Sequence record: PP496444.1
Strand: one strand, 5' to 3'
Length of the DNA stretch: 64,000 bases
Shown: positions 10,208 to 19,927 of the stretch, piece after piece
How the letters are laid out: the number at the start of each line of letters is the position of its first letter
Numbering within the stretch: position 1 is the stretch's first letter
Position numbers and translations under genes: made by a program
Notes under the pieces: generated by a model
Told to the model about the DNA's origin: nothing
The model's input: the letters and a program-made list of their open reading frames with translations, nothing else
Database searches by the model: none

Positions 10208-10896
10208 GGTTGACCATGAAATTTGTACCTAAAGCCATTGAACACCGCGACATCGATCCCACCGCACGAGAGTTGTGGGTGCTCAATACCACCAAGAAGC
10301 CAGCGTCAGGTGACGTGTTCTTCACCGTACCTCGTATCCGGGGTAATGGCATGGATGACGTTCAGGTTATCAAAAGCTGGGCTCCGCAGAACCTGTGTGA
10401 TCAAGCATCCGCCGGTCAGCTCATGGACTCCACCGAGTTCCGCAAGATGATAACCTACAGCAACATCATCGTCATCAGCCCGGAAGACGCGCAGAAGATC
10501 ATCAGCAAACGCCCCGCCGAGTTTCAGGAAGAGATGCGCCGTATCCTGAATCGTCGTCAGCGCCAGATCGACGTGCAAGACGCAGGGACCCGTGTAGCTG
10601 AGCCTGCGTACAGCAGCGGCCACGATCACATCAACGAACAAGCTGCCGACGACCTGGACATGAAAGTTCAGAGCCTGATGCAGCCGCTGGAAGAAGGCGG
10701 GACGATCAGCGCTGATGAAGAGTCGCGACTGATCAATACCCTGCGCACCATGGAAGAAGACGATGAGCTGGGTCCGGTTGAGACCAAGTTCATTCAGCGT
10801 ATCGCCAAGAAGACGGGCAAGAAGAAACTCCTGCGCTACATCAACGAAGTCATTCGTCAGAGCGTTGCTGACGACGACGAAGAAGACGAAGACTGA
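10204..10896 (+). CDS. Hypothetical protein with acidic C-terminus
   Basis: Strong codon bias; followed by a terminator. Confidence 0.7.
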   Translation: MRLTMKFVPKAIEHRDIDPTARELWVLNTTKKPASGDVFFTVPRIRGNGMDDVQVIKSWAPQNLCDQASAGQLMDSTEFRKMITYSNIIVISPEDAQKIISKRPAEFQEEMRRILNRRQRQIDVQDAGTRVAEPAYSSGHDHINEQAADDLDMKVQSLMQPLEEGGTISADEESRLINTLRTMEEDDELGPVETKFIQRIAKKTGKKKLLRYINEVIRQSVADDDEEDED

Positions 10897-10914
10897 TACA
10901 CAGCGGCAGTAAGC

Positions 10915-10945
10915 AAAAGCCCCGGCTCTTATGCTGGGGCTTTTT
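10915..10945. terminator. Bidirectional intrinsic terminator
   Basis: AAAAGCCCCGG-loop-CTGGGGCTTTTT. Confidence 0.85.
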
Positions 10946-11086
10946 CACCTCAGTACTCCGGGATTCCCGGCTAGGACCACGACCGCGTAGGAGCGTGCAG
11001 GCTGGATTTTACCCGGTAAGCCATACAAAGTCCCATCACTGGGACAATCGAAGCGCAGCAAGCCGCCTGCAGCGTTTGCTGGACAC

Positions 11087-11122
11087 AAAAAAGCCCCGAC
11101 TATACAAGCTCGGGGCTTTTTT
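11087..11122. terminator. Bidirectional intrinsic terminator ending the tail operon
   Basis: AAAAAAGCCCCGA-loop-TCGGGGCTTTTTT just downstream of the tail tube stop. Confidence 0.85.
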
Positions 11123-11143
11123 ACCTCGCTACCCTTTCATTTC

Positions 11144-11659
11144 TCAGAGTGGAGCTTCTGTGAATGTGTCAATAGAAAGAGTGAGCGTGGGCCGGACAAT
11201 ATCCGAGTTCTCACCGTCCAGCTGACCGCCTGCAGGATCGTAATCCTCCAAGAAGCAACCTTTGATGATGTACACGTACACCGGGATATCCTGACGGTTC
11301 TTACGAACCAGCTGGAAGATCGCCTTCACGTCTTGGTTACGCGCTTGAACACCGTTCTGGATGTTGAAGCACTGTTGACGCCACTGCGCCAGAGCTTGGA
11401 GCATACGGTAGTCCGCAGTCTCCGCGAAGCCCAGCGTCAGGTTCGGGCTTGCCGCCATGATGCCTGGCTGGCGGATACGAATACCGCGAATCCAAACATC
11501 AGTGGTCTGCCCGGCGTCGGTCTTCGGCACGTCGGTGGACAACATACGCGTGTTCAGGTCGGTAGGCATATCAACACCTACCGGGGCCTTCAGACACGTC
11601 ATGTCCCATTTGTGCATGGGGGCGAAGTCCCCCAGCGATACGATCTGTTCATATTGCAT
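11144..11659 (-). CDS. Tail tube protein (T4 gp19-like)
   Basis: 171 aa, directly downstream of the sheath gene; W..G..I.QPG, LGFAET, YIIKGCFLEDY, LTLSID pattern. Confidence 0.85.
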   Translation of the reverse strand: MQYEQIVSLGDFAPMHKWDMTCLKAPVGVDMPTDLNTRMLSTDVPKTDAGQTTDVWIRGIRIRQPGIMAASPNLTLGFAETADYRMLQALAQWRQQCFNIQNGVQARNQDVKAIFQLVRKNRQDIPVYVYIIKGCFLEDYDPAGGQLDGENSDIVRPTLTLSIDTFTEAPL

Positions 11660-11671
11660 GGTCAGCCCTCC

Positions 11672-14515
11672 TTACACGCGGCCGAAAGCATCGTCGAAAG
11701 ACATGCCGTAGCGGGTAACGACAGTCTTGAATCGGATGAACTCGGCATCGAGGGTTGGCTTGACGAACAGCCACACGTTGATGACCTGATTCTCGATATC
11801 GTTGTCGCCGTTGTTGGACGTGTCGCAGACGGTGTAGTAATCGTACACACCTTTCCGCGCTTTGATCCCGTCCATGTAATCGTCGATCAGGACCTTGATC
11901 TCGTTCCGCACTTCCGGCGTGTTCAGTTCAAACACGTAATCTTCGAGTGCTTCCTTGATTGCAGGTTCGATCACGATCAGCAACAGCCGAACGTTCAGAC
12001 TGCGAGTTGCGGATTGGGTTGGGGACAGAGTCCGTTGACCCCAGATCACGATGCCCTTCCCTTTGGCGAACCAAATCGGGTTGACCTCGATGTCGTAGAG
12101 GAAGTCCATCTCCCCTTCGGTGAAGCGGATCAGCGTGTCGAGGACGTTCAGAACGCCGCGACGGAAACCGGCTGGTGGATACCAGAGCTCGGAGTTCGCG
12201 CCAGTCTTGCTGATCACCGCACCGACGAAGCCATCCGGCGATACGAAGATGTCGCGGTTGTTGTACTTGTCAGTCACCTTGACGTGCGGCGCATACAGCG
12301 CAGCAAACGAGGTGTTCGCGTTCAGAACCGACTGGCGGTAGTTCGCGATCTGATTCAAGTAGTCCGCGGATGCCTCAGCAGCGTACGGGCAAGACAGGAT
12401 AGCTACGCAGTCCATGCGCTGCTCTGCCAGTGCGATCAGTGCCTTGGCATACGATGCCGTAGCGCGGCCACCATCCAGAAGGAGGGTGATTGGCAAGCCT
12501 TGCAGCTTGTCCAGTGCCTTGATCATCTCGGAGTCGGTCACCGCAGTACCGTCGTCACCACCACCTACGTAGATACCGTAAGGGGCCGACCCGTCGTCTT
12601 TGGTGATCAGGGAAGCATCACCTGCGTCCACGGTGAACGTGATGGTCACCTTAGATGCCGCAGCGGTTACTGTGTCGATGGTAGGTACACCATCGTACGT
12701 GGCAGCAGCGATCAGAGCAGCAACCTCGGCAGCGGTATCAGCGCTGTACGGGATGGTTACCTTGACGCCCGCCAGTTCAACGATCTCGTCGTTGCCGGAA
12801 GTGTTACCCGACAGAATCACGAAGGACTGTTGCTCTGCGACTGCATCCACGCCTGCCACGAAGCGGCGAACGATGGAGCAAGACGTGGTGCTGATGGTCG
12901 ATGGAACGGTCTTGACCGGCAAGTCCGCATCCTTGGCCGCAGTCTTGTAGGTCACCAGAACCTTGGCGCCGTCAGCAGCGACCGACGCGAAGTCTGCCAC
13001 GGTGGTGTAGTTGCTGTTCGCAATGGACGCAGCAACGTCTGCCAAGTTGGTGCTGGCAGCAGTGACCTGAGTGACCACACCGTTTAGAGTGAAGTCTTCG
13101 ATAGCGCCCGAGTTGTTGGCAGCGTTGACGTTGAACGACACGATCTTCGGCTTCTCAGCCTGTGGTGCCACATACGGCTGCGTTACAGCAGGTGCGCCGA
13201 AAGTGGTGGTGTTGCCACCTGGGTTGGTCAGGCTGGTCGCTGCGTTCTCAGCAGAAACTTTGTACGTCACCTGAACCGTGGTGTTGTTGATCACCGAGAC
13301 GCTTTGGATCAGCGTGTCTGCAGCGTACGAAGCCGAGGCAATCGCAGCAGCTACAGCGGCAGCAGTGGTCGCGGCCAGAGGCACGGTGACCGTGGTGCTA
13401 CCCAGAGTGAACTGTTCGTCCGCACCCGAGCTGTTGCCCGAGTTGACCAAGAAGGTCCACTTCTTGCCGACGCCAGTTACCGCAGCAGCGTAAGCCTGAA
13501 CGACGGTGAAGCCGCTGGTACGAACGCTCTCCGGCTTGCCGACGATAAAGGACGATGGCGAACCAGCGGCCTCTTTCATGGTCAGGGTGACCACGGCGCC
13601 CGACGCTTCCACCTTGTCCACTGCCGGAATGGTTGCCCACTCGGTAGATGTTGCGATAGCCGAAGCCAGCGCAGACGTGGTGGTAGCGTTAGCCGGGATG
13701 TTGATGTTGATGGTCTTGCCGACGCCCGTAACCTTCAGCTTCAACACCTGACCAGTGCTGTTGCCAGACTGAACGGTGAACGACTGTTGCTGAACGGTCG
13801 CAGCCTTGCTGGCTACGAAGTCGCGGGTTTGAGTCAGGTCGCCGAATGCCACGGTCGTAACCTTGGTGTTCTTCGGCAGCAGCTTCTCGTCCGCGATTGG
13901 GTTGGAGACCCAACGGATGTAAGCCGACGATGCCAGAGCGGTCTCGACGTACATCGATTGGCCCAGCCCGTTGACCGCGCCTTGCAGACGGGACACTTCA
14001 AACGACTCGACCAGCGCGCCGTAGAAGTACACACGAATGCGGAACGGGTTGTAAGCAGGGGTCTGCTTGGTGACACGGTCGATGATCACCGAGATGTTCG
14101 AGGACCATGCACCTGGGCTCGACGCGTAGATCAAACCAGCGTCATCCACGGTGAACGGGTAGTCCTCTGGGTCGGTCAGGTCTTGGCTCGGAACGCGAAC
14201 GTCCTGATCCGAAGTGGAGACCGGGATGAGCAAGCCACCTACCAGCGTCTGCGAACCGGCGCGGATTACCCAGAGCTTGTTGGAAGCCTGCAGGAATGTC
14301 GCGGCGGAATACATGGCCAGGTCGGCGCCGATACGGATACTGGAGTTCTCCGTATAATTCTGAATCAGATCCTGCTCGGAAGTCGTCAACTTCGCTTCTT
14401 CCTGCGACCCTCGCGGGGCACCTGGAAGTACGATTGCGCCGTATACACCCGGCGAACTTGCAACCGTAGTCGAGATGTTGATTTCCGAGAGGGTTACCTT
14501 TGCTGCACCACTCAT
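11672..14515 (-). CDS. Contractile tail sheath protein with four inserted ~95-aa repeats
   Basis: N-terminal PGVYG, ASSPGAWS; C-terminal SPDGFVG, WYPPAGFRRG, VNPI, GIVIWGQRTL, LNVRLLL, FELNT typical of sheath proteins. Confidence 0.95.
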   Translation of the reverse strand: MSGAAKVTLSEINISTTVASSPGVYGAIVLPGAPRGSQEEAKLTTSEQDLIQNYTENSSIRIGADLAMYSAATFLQASNKLWVIRAGSQTLVGGLLIPVSTSDQDVRVPSQDLTDPEDYPFTVDDAGLIYASSPGAWSSNISVIIDRVTKQTPAYNPFRIRVYFYGALVESFEVSRLQGAVNGLGQSMYVETALASSAYIRWVSNPIADEKLLPKNTKVTTVAFGDLTQTRDFVASKAATVQQQSFTVQSGNSTGQVLKLKVTGVGKTININIPANATTTSALASAIATSTEWATIPAVDKVEASGAVVTLTMKEAAGSPSSFIVGKPESVRTSGFTVVQAYAAAVTGVGKKWTFLVNSGNSSGADEQFTLGSTTVTVPLAATTAAAVAAAIASASYAADTLIQSVSVINNTTVQVTYKVSAENAATSLTNPGGNTTTFGAPAVTQPYVAPQAEKPKIVSFNVNAANNSGAIEDFTLNGVVTQVTAASTNLADVAASIANSNYTTVADFASVAADGAKVLVTYKTAAKDADLPVKTVPSTISTTSCSIVRRFVAGVDAVAEQQSFVILSGNTSGNDEIVELAGVKVTIPYSADTAAEVAALIAAATYDGVPTIDTVTAAASKVTITFTVDAGDASLITKDDGSAPYGIYVGGGDDGTAVTDSEMIKALDKLQGLPITLLLDGGRATASYAKALIALAEQRMDCVAILSCPYAAEASADYLNQIANYRQSVLNANTSFAALYAPHVKVTDKYNNRDIFVSPDGFVGAVISKTGANSELWYPPAGFRRGVLNVLDTLIRFTEGEMDFLYDIEVNPIWFAKGKGIVIWGQRTLSPTQSATRSLNVRLLLIVIEPAIKEALEDYVFELNTPEVRNEIKVLIDDYMDGIKARKGVYDYYTVCDTSNNGDNDIENQVINVWLFVKPTLDAEFIRFKTVVTRYGMSFDDAFGRV

Positions 14516-14536
14516 AGTGATTCCCTCGATGGAATG

Positions 14537-14725
14537 TTAGGCCTGGATTTGTTCGGTGACCTTACCCGGCAGCGGGTAGACCAACTGATCACGATCCAGA
14601 CGTTTCAGGACGCCGAGCGGCGGCAGGGTAACGGAATCTTTTCCTTCCGGCCCATAGGCCAGCTGGATAGGGTGCTTCGCCGTCGAATACAGGTTGACGT
14701 ACACTTTTTCTTGATCAGACATCAC
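14537..14725 (-). CDS. Small hypothetical protein
   Basis: AGGAGA RBS; fills the gap in the operon. Confidence 0.65.
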   Translation of the reverse strand: MMSDQEKVYVNLYSTAKHPIQLAYGPEGKDSVTLPPLGVLKRLDRDQLVYPLPGKVTEQIQA

Positions 14726-14740
14726 ATCTTCTCCTAACCG

Positions 14741-15433
14741 TTATGGCTTTGGCGTGGGCGTCAGGTCTATTTCCTTGCGGAACAACACCTCACCCTTACC
14801 GTTTTCACCTTCATCAAGCTGAGCAACGAAGATAATCTTCGAGCTGTTCTTGAGCTTCGTGTCGTACTTGCCACCGTCACTGGAGACGAAGCCGTGGACA
14901 GTAATGTCTACGTTGAACACGAACGCCGATACGTCCTGACCCGCCTTCGACTTGGGAGGCAATGTCAGGTCGCCACCGACTTGAGACTCAATAGTGAACT
15001 CGATACCTCGATACTCAAGCGTGAAATCCAGCAGGCTGAAATGCTGCATGAACTTCGCGTCACTGATGAATTTTAGCGCTCTCAGGTAATCGTCGGTAGC
15101 GAACTCCAGAACCATGCCCATCGTAACCGGGATGATACTGATTGCGTATTCTCGATCAGCGTCCTTGACAGCGAAGCGGTTAACAATGCCTCGCGCTGTC
15201 ACATTGGGGCGGTGTCGATTGGAATCGCCAACGGTGCCGTAAGTCAGGTAAGCGAAAGGAAACTCTGGTTTCTTTTCCTTGCTCTGAACGAAGACATCGT
15301 ATGCTTCTTCCCGAGTCCGGATCTTGACACTGTCTTTAGCGAGATCAAGTCCTTCTTCGACACGACGGCACAAACCCGCCAGTACGAATACCTCAATGGG
15401 CTTGATCCGGGTACTTGCTGAAGACTTAGCCAT
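14741..15433 (-). CDS. Putative tail completion/terminator protein
   Basis: Lies between capsid and sheath genes; PEFPFAYLTY pattern. Confidence 0.4.
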   Translation of the reverse strand: MAKSSASTRIKPIEVFVLAGLCRRVEEGLDLAKDSVKIRTREEAYDVFVQSKEKKPEFPFAYLTYGTVGDSNRHRPNVTARGIVNRFAVKDADREYAISIIPVTMGMVLEFATDDYLRALKFISDAKFMQHFSLLDFTLEYRGIEFTIESQVGGDLTLPPKSKAGQDVSAFVFNVDITVHGFVSSDGGKYDTKLKNSSKIIFVAQLDEGENGKGEVLFRKEIDLTPTPKP

Positions 15434-15444
15434 TTTCTACCTCG

Positions 15445-15480
15445 AAAAAAGGGTGGGTGGGCGGTAACACCCACCCACCC
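15445..15480 (-). terminator. Strong intrinsic terminator after the major capsid gene
   Basis: GGGTGGGTGGG-loop-CCCACCCACCC stem followed by a T6 tract on the minus strand. Confidence 0.9.
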
Positions 15481-15502
15481 TATATCACCTGACGTGCTGT
15501 GG

Positions 15503-16591
15503 TTACTGGCGGATAGCCTTGGTCACAGTGCGAGAGTTGATGATGGACATCGCGGTCAGCTGGCTCATGGTCCAACCACGACCTGGGAAGCGCTCGGTGG
15601 TCTCGTCGATTGGGCGAGCCTCGATGCCATCACGGTCGGAGTAAACACCATGGTTCTCTGGCGAGGAAACCACGTACATCTCGCCACGGCCCAACACCTT
15701 GTGTTGGGAATGACGGAACTGGTCAGTGATCACTTCCAGGCCGTACACGTTACCGATGTTGCCGGTTTGAATCAGCTCTTCGGCGTACGAGGTGGCGTTG
15801 AAAGTGTTGACCCAACTTTCTTCACTGATGATGTCGGTCAGGATGTCCGACGAGATCAGCCAGAATGCCGCTGGCAGGCCCCACTGGGTGATGTTACTCA
15901 CCATGTTGGCCAGAGCGCGAGTGGTCACCTGACCGGCGAGGATGGTCTGCTCGTTGGCTACGCCGACCGACGCATCGGCCAGACGTTTCCACAGACGGTC
16001 TTCGGCGACCATGAACGCTTCCAGCGTGGAGATGTACGTACGGTCGAGCAGGGTGGCCGGGCCGCGAGCCAGGTCTTTCTGTTCGATGTACGGACGCGCT
16101 TGGAGATAGAACTCTTGCGGGTAGTACACGTTGTCGCGAACCAGGTGGGTCGCAACTTGGGCAGGACCAGTCGAGAGGACCGCGACGGACTGCTTCATGT
16201 CCACGGTGACTTTCGGCTCTTGGCCTTGTTCCAGTTCCATGCGTTGCAGCAGACGGCGTGCGAAGCCGTCACGGTTGCCGGTCACTTGCATTTCGGCGGC
16301 GAACACTTCGCCCAGTGCAACCAGCTCTTCTTTGCTGGCGAATGCAGCTTCAACCATCTCGCGCTTGCGGGCGGCAGCAGCCGAAGCAGTTTCAACCTGC
16401 TTTTCGGTGGTCAGGACGTTGCCTTGCTGCGAAGCGCTGGCCAGTGCCTGGAGCATGCCAAACAGTTCTTTGTTCGACCCGGCGTTGAACTCGCCGTTCT
16501 GGCCAACCAGCTTACCGCCGCCTGCCATGGACAGTTCGGTGATGATGCTCGGACGGCTGACGGACAGCCCTTTAAGTTGCAATGCTTTCAT
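15503..16591 (-). CDS. Major capsid protein (HK97 fold, putative)
   Basis: 362 aa, strong codon bias, GFARRLL, GNIGNVYGLEVITD, own terminator, downstream of scaffold/decoration genes. Confidence 0.75.
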   Translation of the reverse strand: MKALQLKGLSVSRPSIITELSMAGGGKLVGQNGEFNAGSNKELFGMLQALASASQQGNVLTTEKQVETASAAAARKREMVEAAFASKEELVALGEVFAAEMQVTGNRDGFARRLLQRMELEQGQEPKVTVDMKQSVAVLSTGPAQVATHLVRDNVYYPQEFYLQARPYIEQKDLARGPATLLDRTYISTLEAFMVAEDRLWKRLADASVGVANEQTILAGQVTTRALANMVSNITQWGLPAAFWLISSDILTDIISEESWVNTFNATSYAEELIQTGNIGNVYGLEVITDQFRHSQHKVLGRGEMYVVSSPENHGVYSDRDGIEARPIDETTERFPGRGWTMSQLTAMSIINSRTVTKAIRQ

Positions 16592-16654
16592 GAGGTTTTA
16601 ATCCTGTGCAGGAAAATCAGAAGACCTTGTCTGTATGGATAAGGCTAACTAGCC

Positions 16655-17362
16655 TTACAGCAGGACCAGTTTCAGGAACGGATAGCCTTCATCCGGGGCT
16701 TTCAGAACAGCAACGCCTTGCAGCACGGTGCCGTTGCCGCCGCTGGTGAACAGGCCGTTCGCGCCGAGGGTGACAACGGTCTCTGGGGACCAGTCAACGT
16801 TGGTGTCGAATTCGGAAGTCGCCAGTTCGCCTTTGGTGATGGCGGTGGTAATCCCGAGGAAGGCAGCCGCGGTGCGACCGGCAGACTGTTCGCCTTGCAG
16901 CGAAGCAGCTTCTACGACGGTCGGCGTGTAGCGATAGCCAGCCTGAATCGCTTGGTCTTTCTGTGCAGCGTTCAGCGTGACGGTCTTGCCGTCCGACGCG
17001 AGGCTGAACTTGCCAGCGGTGGCAGCATCACCAACGGTCAGCGTGGTCTTGGTGCCGTTGGCAGCAGTAGCCACCAGGCGCAGCGAACCGGCATCGGCGA
17101 CAGCCTTGTCCAGCACCAGTGTAGTGCTGTTACGGTTGGCTTCGAAACCTTGCAGCTTCGGCAGGAAGTCCGGGAACTGGGTCTGGTTGATGTTGATACC
17201 GAAGAAGCGCTCACCGGTAACACCAGTGGAGGGCTTGACTGCCAACTCGCCGTCGGCGCCGGTAGTGATAACCAGAGCGCAACCTTCGTTGGTCAATTCG
17301 ATCCCTTCAGCCACTTGGACTGGTTGGGATTCACGCAGATGAACGACGTCAAAACTGAGCAT
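16655..17362 (-). CDS. Putative head decoration/cement protein
   Basis: Immediately upstream of MCP; AITKGELATSEFD, VTLGANGLF, GVAVLKAP pattern of decoration proteins. Confidence 0.5.
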   Translation of the reverse strand: MLSFDVVHLRESQPVQVAEGIELTNEGCALVITTGADGELAVKPSTGVTGERFFGININQTQFPDFLPKLQGFEANRNSTTLVLDKAVADAGSLRLVATAANGTKTTLTVGDAATAGKFSLASDGKTVTLNAAQKDQAIQAGYRYTPTVVEAASLQGEQSAGRTAAAFLGITTAITKGELATSEFDTNVDWSPETVVTLGANGLFTSGGNGTVLQGVAVLKAPDEGYPFLKLVLL

Positions 17363-17423
17363 GGTACGTTCCTCAAAGGAAGGATAGATAAAAACGGATG
17401 ATTGTCTTGGGTTAGATCAACCC

Positions 17424-18944
17424 TTAACTGATGCGGAACATGCCGCCCTTGGCGAGTTCACGCACACGCGAGTTACCTTGCTGAACGGGTTCATTCAGGA
17501 AAGACGCAGTGGTGACTTGACGCAGCGGGGTCTCGAGCTGGTTTTCCAACTGCGCAGTAGAAGCCTGACGGCCAGTGCTACGCTTTGAAGAACCTACTGG
17601 AGTGGTGGAAGCGATGGTTTCCGCCAGGTCATTCAAGCTGCTCGGGTCGCGAGCTGCCAGTGTCTGAGCCAGCGCGAGGACGTTTTGGTTATGTTCGTCT
17701 TCGGTATCCGCCAAAGCGCTCTCAACCATAGCTTGCGCGTTCTGAACACCGGCGGTGGTCAAATCGGCAATCAGGCGTTCCTTCACTTTGTGTGGGGTGT
17801 TGTGGAAGAACCCACGGGTCATACCAGCTGTTGCCAGCTGAAGGCCATGCAGCAGTCGTTCGGTCTTGTCACCAACAGTGTCGGCAACTTCGGCAGCAGC
17901 GACAGCCTTAGCCTTTTCTTGCACGAATGCCTTCGCCATCGCGGCGGGGGCCTGGAAGCTGTTGCGGCGGAAGCCGTAGCTGGCCAGAGTCGCGTCCAAA
18001 CCATCCTTGTTGAACGTCTGTGCGATTGCTTCCATGTACGCTGGTTCGCCGAAGATATCGGCGTTGGCGGTTTCCGCAGTCTTGTGCAGAACAGCCACGG
18101 TCTGATCGTTGACGTTAGCCAAGATCTTACCGTTCAGCGGGATGAACTCAGCAGTCGCGTCTTCACTCAGGCCAACCGAGGCCATCGCTTCGAGAACGTC
18201 GATGTTCATATCTTCGGGCTCGTCACATTGGTCGGGATTCTGCGTGGACTGGATGACTTCGGCCTCTTCAACATCATTGGCTTCGTCGTCCGACTCATCT
18301 TCCTCGTCGTCAGCGGCGGATGCAACCACCGGCTTCTGCTTCGGCATGATGATCATCGGATTGTCTTCGGCGGAAGCTTCTTCCGACTCATCGTCGTCAG
18401 CTTCGTTCGATTCGTCGTCTTCCAGTTCTTCGTCGTCGGCGCTGGTGTCGTCAGCATCTTCTTCCGAGTCGTCTTCCGAGTCGTCGTCAGCGCTGGCTTC
18501 TTCGGCGGGTTGATCGCCGTCCCAGGCCCAATCACCGTCGGCCTCTTCTTCGTCAGTCGCTGAATCATCTTCGGCGCCTGCGAGAGTGACGTTGGTGTTC
18601 AGTAGCATCCCCGTACCGCATTCAACACAGCAGATCTCTACGTGGCCTTCTTTGTTAACTGGCATTTGCGCCAGCTCTTCATCGAACATCACGTTAGCCA
18701 CGGTGCACTGACGGCACTGCGCACTGGTGAGGCTTGCTTCTTCTGTCTCGTGAAAGACGGAAGCAGTAATTGCCTCGGCGCGCTGTTTCGTGGCTGGACT
18801 GCCGCAGTGACCGCAGAACGGATCGCACCCCGCCAACGCAATCGTTTCCTCTTTGCAGTGACCGCACTGGTATGAAGCCAGTACAGCTTGCTTGAGGCTA
18901 CGCATGGTTGGGGCGTGAGAAGCGATCATGGTGAGCTTCGGCAT
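17424..18944 (-). CDS. Scaffold-like protein: Cys-rich N-terminus, acidic linker, helical C-terminus
   Basis: Start set at ATG 18944 (AGAGGAG RBS); position upstream of decoration/MCP; several CxxC motifs. Confidence 0.4.
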   Translation of the reverse strand: MPKLTMIASHAPTMRSLKQAVLASYQCGHCKEETIALAGCDPFCGHCGSPATKQRAEAITASVFHETEEASLTSAQCRQCTVANVMFDEELAQMPVNKEGHVEICCVECGTGMLLNTNVTLAGAEDDSATDEEEADGDWAWDGDQPAEEASADDDSEDDSEEDADDTSADDEELEDDESNEADDDESEEASAEDNPMIIMPKQKPVVASAADDEEDESDDEANDVEEAEVIQSTQNPDQCDEPEDMNIDVLEAMASVGLSEDATAEFIPLNGKILANVNDQTVAVLHKTAETANADIFGEPAYMEAIAQTFNKDGLDATLASYGFRRNSFQAPAAMAKAFVQEKAKAVAAAEVADTVGDKTERLLHGLQLATAGMTRGFFHNTPHKVKERLIADLTTAGVQNAQAMVESALADTEDEHNQNVLALAQTLAARDPSSLNDLAETIASTTPVGSSKRSTGRQASTAQLENQLETPLRQVTTASFLNEPVQQGNSRVRELAKGGMFRIS

Positions 18945-19271
18945 GCGAAGTGCTCCTCTTGCTGTCAATGGGCTGCTACACACTATAAGCATGAGCAGAT
19001 CTTCGAGCAGGCCACCTCGACGGCCCCTGCTACAGTAAACTCGGATTCACCCCTCCACGCGTATATAACGTTTTGGGAACAACTGAAATTACATACGACC
19101 AGAGTGCCATACTGCCCATACCTGCGTCAAAACGCCCATTTGCCACTATGTCGGGATAAGCCGTCCCAAGTGTGCGCTAAGTCATTGATTACCTTGACAA
19201 TTTATTGGGGAGTGGGTGGCCCCCTAATTCGTGGAAATTCAGGTATTTTGGCTATATCTGCGTCAAAGTGC

Positions 19272-19300
19272 TTGACAAACGGTTCCAGGCACCGTATACT
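19272..19300 (+). promoter_or_regulatory. Sigma70-type promoter
   Basis: TTGACA-17 nt-TATACT upstream of the SWIM gene. Confidence 0.8.
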
Positions 19301-19362
19301 GCGCATGCACGTTACTATTCCAGCGTGTACGTCCAGCGCCCACCGGGCATCAAGGAACCGAT

Positions 19363-19839
19363 ATGAAGAGTTTGATTCGACGCAAAGAAGGGTTTTACAC
19401 GGAGTTGTTGGCCGGTGCTAAAGACCCAGTGACCCTTTCCAAGACTGCATTCAACCGTGGACTGACCCGGATCGTTGCATCTATTACGAGCAGTGTGAAG
19501 CTGCGGTTCGTAGTAGATTCCGAAACCGGTGATGCGGAATACCGGGTGAGAGTGAAGTTCCAGAAAAGCCAGCTGACCCGCAAGGGAAGCCCGGCTATCA
19601 AGGTGGGGAGGGTACTGGTGCCCGTTGATCTTGACAGCATCGCAGTGCATTGCACATGTCAGGACTTTCGGTTCACCTGGTACACCTATTTGAAGAACGC
19701 GGGGCACGCTGCCGGTTGGTTCAAGCAGGTGGAGTTGAAAGGTTCTGGCCGCACTCGGGAAGCTGACCACGCAGGTTGCTGCAAGCACATCGCCGGTGTA
19801 CTGGCAATGGTTGAGCAGAACGTCATCGTCAAGCTGTGA
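19363..19839 (+). CDS. SWIM zinc-finger protein
   Basis: HCTCQDF...CCKHI (CxC...CxH) motif; AGGA RBS. Confidence 0.7.
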   Translation: MKSLIRRKEGFYTELLAGAKDPVTLSKTAFNRGLTRIVASITSSVKLRFVVDSETGDAEYRVRVKFQKSQLTRKGSPAIKVGRVLVPVDLDSIAVHCTCQDFRFTWYTYLKNAGHAAGWFKQVELKGSGRTREADHAGCCKHIAGVLAMVEQNVIVKL

Positions 19840-19874
19840 CCCAGATGCAGTGAGTAGTACATGATAGAGAAAAT

Positions 19875-19910
19875 AAAACCCCGCCGGATTCGCGCCGTGC
19901 GGGGTTTTTT
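19875..19910. terminator. Bidirectional terminator between convergent genes
   Basis: AAAACCCCGC-loop-GCGGGGTTTTTT. Confidence 0.85.
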
Positions 19911-19927
19911 GTGTCTGCGATTCAGTC

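Noticed and set aside
11333-14737. Long plus-strand ORFs (584 aa, 477 aa) over the sheath gene, and similar ones at 2819-4099, 15494-16642, 31062-32393 and 50150-51340
   Set aside because: Antisense shadows of well-supported genes with implausible composition
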